Of a stretch of 64,000 nucleotides of DNA, positions 62,172-64,000 are shown piece by piece. Both the position numbers and the translations under genes were made by a program. The stretch is from Escherichia coli (lineage in GTDB: Bacteria; Pseudomonadota; Gammaproteobacteria; Enterobacterales; Enterobacteriaceae), in the NCBI RefSeq assembly GCF_003991155.1, contig NZ_CP031295.1. One strand, given 5' to 3'. The notes below the pieces were generated by a model. That model made no database searches. It was not told the DNA's origin and saw only the letters and a list, made by a program, of their open reading frames with translations. Every line of letters begins with the position of its first letter. Position 1 is the stretch's first letter.

Positions 62172-62861
62172 ATGGCTGACTGGTTTATTGCGACCGAAGG
62201 CGTGAAGGTGGTGAAGGACAGCGCCAGTCTGGGGCCGCAGATAATTACAGCTGTATCGACCATCGCATCTGCTGTCGGAGCGGTGTTCCTTACTCACCAC
62301 TTCACACTCAGACGTGAGGAGAGAACTGCAGCAGCGAAGCTGGCCAGCGAGCGTCTTTACATTAGTACAGAGCTGGTTTTTTTACTTGAGCGATTTGCGC
62401 AGCGTTGCGCTCCAGCAGCAACAGCAACTGTGGAGCACGATCAGGATGGCAGAGGAGAAGCTGAGTTCTTATTACCGGAAATCGATTATTCCCCGGTATC
62501 TGGTAACTGGCGCTCCCTTCCTTCTGGCCTGATGTATAGGCTCAGCGAACTCTCTGTTCTCAGCTACGAAGCTGTCGTGTGTGTAGATAATGTGTTTGTT
62601 GAAGATACTCCTTATGGTGGAGCGGGTGAATATAGTTTGCATAAAAACGCAGCTATGTTGGGAGTAAAAGCACTGCGGTTATCACGAGAACTGAGAATGT
62701 TATGTGGCCTCCCTCTGCACGGCCTTTCCGATACACTATCGCCAACGAGGTTGGTATTGTTGAAAGCCAGAGGTAAAACACTCCAAAAGGAGTACGAAAT
62801 GGTAAAGAAGTCTAAAAAGACCGAGCAAGAGATTGAGGATTTCATAAAGGGGACATCATGA
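62172..62861 (+). CDS. Hypothetical protein with N-terminal TM helix (229 aa)
   Basis: Hydrophobic segment QIITAVSTIASAVGAVFL; stop overlaps resD start. Confidence 0.3.
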   Translation: MADWFIATEGVKVVKDSASLGPQIITAVSTIASAVGAVFLTHHFTLRREERTAAAKLASERLYISTELVFLLERFAQRCAPAATATVEHDQDGRGEAEFLLPEIDYSPVSGNWRSLPSGLMYRLSELSVLSYEAVVCVDNVFVEDTPYGGAGEYSLHKNAAMLGVKALRLSRELRMLCGLPLHGLSDTLSPTRLVLLKARGKTLQKEYEMVKKSKKTEQEIEDFIKGTS

Positions 62862-63649
62862 GTGGCCCACAATTGCTTTCCCTGCCAGGTTCTTTTTTAA
62901 CGCCTCCGGCAACATTACCTGTTGCCATTGATTACCCGGCTGCGCTGGCACTACGTCAGATGGCACTTGTGCAGGACGAATTACCAAAATATCTGTTGGC
63001 GCCGGAGATCAGCGCCCTGCTCCACTATGTACCGGATCTGCACCGCAAAATGTTGCTGGCCACCCTGTGGAACACGGGCGCACGTATAAACGAAGCGCTG
63101 GCGCTGACGCGGGGAGATTTTTCTCTGGCGCCGCCATATCCGTTCGTACAGCTGGCCACGCTCAAACAACGGACTGAAAAAGCGACCAGAACGGCAGGCC
63201 GTGTCCCTGCTGGCAGTCAGGTGCATCGCCTGGTTCCCCTGTCCGATACACAATACGTCAGCCAACTGCAGATGATGGTGGCCACGCTGAAAATCCCACT
63301 GGAGCGCAGAAACAAACGAACCGGAAGAATGGAGAAGGCGCGCATCTGGGGAATCACCGACCGCACAGTTCGCACCTGGCTGAATGAAGCTGTAGAGGCC
63401 GCTGCGGCCGACGGCGTGACGTTCTCTGTTCCGGTTACCCCACATACTTTCCGCCATTCCTACGCGATGCATATGCTGTATGCTGGTATTCCGCTGAAGG
63501 TGCTGCAGAGCCTGATGGGGCACAAGTCGATTAGTTCGACAGAGGTGTACACGAAGGTGTTTGCGCTGGATGTGGCTGCACGGCACCGGGTGCAGTTTTC
63601 GATGCCTGAGTCCGATGCTGTCACAATGCTGAAAAACAGACACGCATAA
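62858..63649 (+). CDS. resD: ResD-like tyrosine site-specific recombinase (plasmid multimer resolvase)
   Basis: 263 aa with catalytic-domain HTFRHSYAMHMLYAGIPLKVLQSLMGHKSISSTEVYTKV (R..H..Y). Confidence 0.8.
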   Translation: MSGPQLLSLPGSFLTPPATLPVAIDYPAALALRQMALVQDELPKYLLAPEISALLHYVPDLHRKMLLATLWNTGARINEALALTRGDFSLAPPYPFVQLATLKQRTEKATRTAGRVPAGSQVHRLVPLSDTQYVSQLQMMVATLKIPLERRNKRTGRMEKARIWGITDRTVRTWLNEAVEAAAADGVTFSVPVTPHTFRHSYAMHMLYAGIPLKVLQSLMGHKSISSTEVYTKVFALDVAARHRVQFSMPESDAVTMLKNRHA

Positions 63650-63826
63650 GTCACAAATCATAATTATGAATTGTGATTTATTCTATAAAAGAAGAGACCA
63701 CTGCAATATGTGATCTCTTGTATTATTTCATAATTGTTAAAGCCACTTCACAGTATGCTCACATTGTACGGATATATTCGTAATGTTTTTTTATATCGAA
63801 TGAACGACAGAAGTTGTGGAGATTTT

Positions 63827-64000
63827 ATGAAAGTAATTAGCATGAAATTTATTTTTATTTTAACGATTATTGCTCTTGCTGCTGTTTTTTTCTGGTCTGA
63901 AGATAAAGGTCCGGCATGCTATCAGGTCAGCGATGAACAGGCCAGAACGTTTGTAAAAAATGATTACCTGCAAAGAATGAAACGCTGGGACAACGATGTA
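63827..64000 (+). CDS. Hypothetical membrane protein (partial, continues beyond window)
   Basis: ATG at 63827 with N-terminal TM helix MKVISMKFIFILTIIALAAVFF; no stop before window end. Confidence 0.3.
   Translation, partial: MKVISMKFIFILTIIALAAVFFWSEDKGPACYQVSDEQARTFVKNDYLQRMKRWDNDV

Noticed and set aside
1-64000. rRNA or tRNA genes
   Set aside because: No cloverleaf-like or rRNA-like conserved segments noticed on manual reading; cannot be fully excluded without a covariance-model scan.

Overview
This window reads as a segment of an F-like (IncF) conjugative plasmid from Enterobacteriaceae, identified by recognising protein motifs and gene order in the supplied ORF track; no database search was run. 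Coordinates 1-29900 carry a syntenic transfer operon (traB partial, traP, trbD, trbG, traV, traR, traC, trbI, traW, traU, trbC, traN, trbE, traF, trbA, artA antisense, traQ, trbB, trbJ, trbF, traH, traG, traS, traT, traD, traI, traX, a hydrolase, finO). trbC and traD are broken into several frames by small indels, and a vapBC toxin-antitoxin pair sits between traD and traI. Next come a Hok/SrnB-type toxin locus, a RepFIIA-type replicon (copB, CopA stem-loops, tap, repA1, DnaA box) with an unexpected ~470 bp segment between tap and repA1, a CPBP protease (tir-like) and pemIK. Coordinates 35.6-49.3 kb are an IS26-rich resistance mosaic: truncated IS1, a Tn3-family end, three complete IS26 plus one partial copy, a Tn1721-derived tetR-tetA(A)-pecM module flanked by two indel-ridden copies of the tnpA 3' segment, aph(3')-Ia, and a truncated arsH with arsR and an ArsP-like permease. 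Coordinates 49.6-62.9 kb form an accessory island that looks like a defence island and is the best place for an undescribed system: a second FinO/ProQ-domain protein, an ABC ATPase-TOPRIM protein (OLD/PARIS-like), a GC-rich two-gene cassette, a Rad50/RloC-like ATPase with a CxxC hook, vapBC (vagCD-like), a small protein coupled to a TIR-like protein, an RHH-domain protein coupled to a KAP-family P-loop NTPase, and two unknown genes in the position where ccdAB normally precedes resD. The strongest candidates are the RHH + KAP NTPase operon and the small protein + TIR-like operon. Frameshifts cluster in trbC, traD, the duplicated tnpA fragments and one IS26 copy; I cannot tell from sequence alone whether these are real pseudogenes or uncorrected consensus errors.
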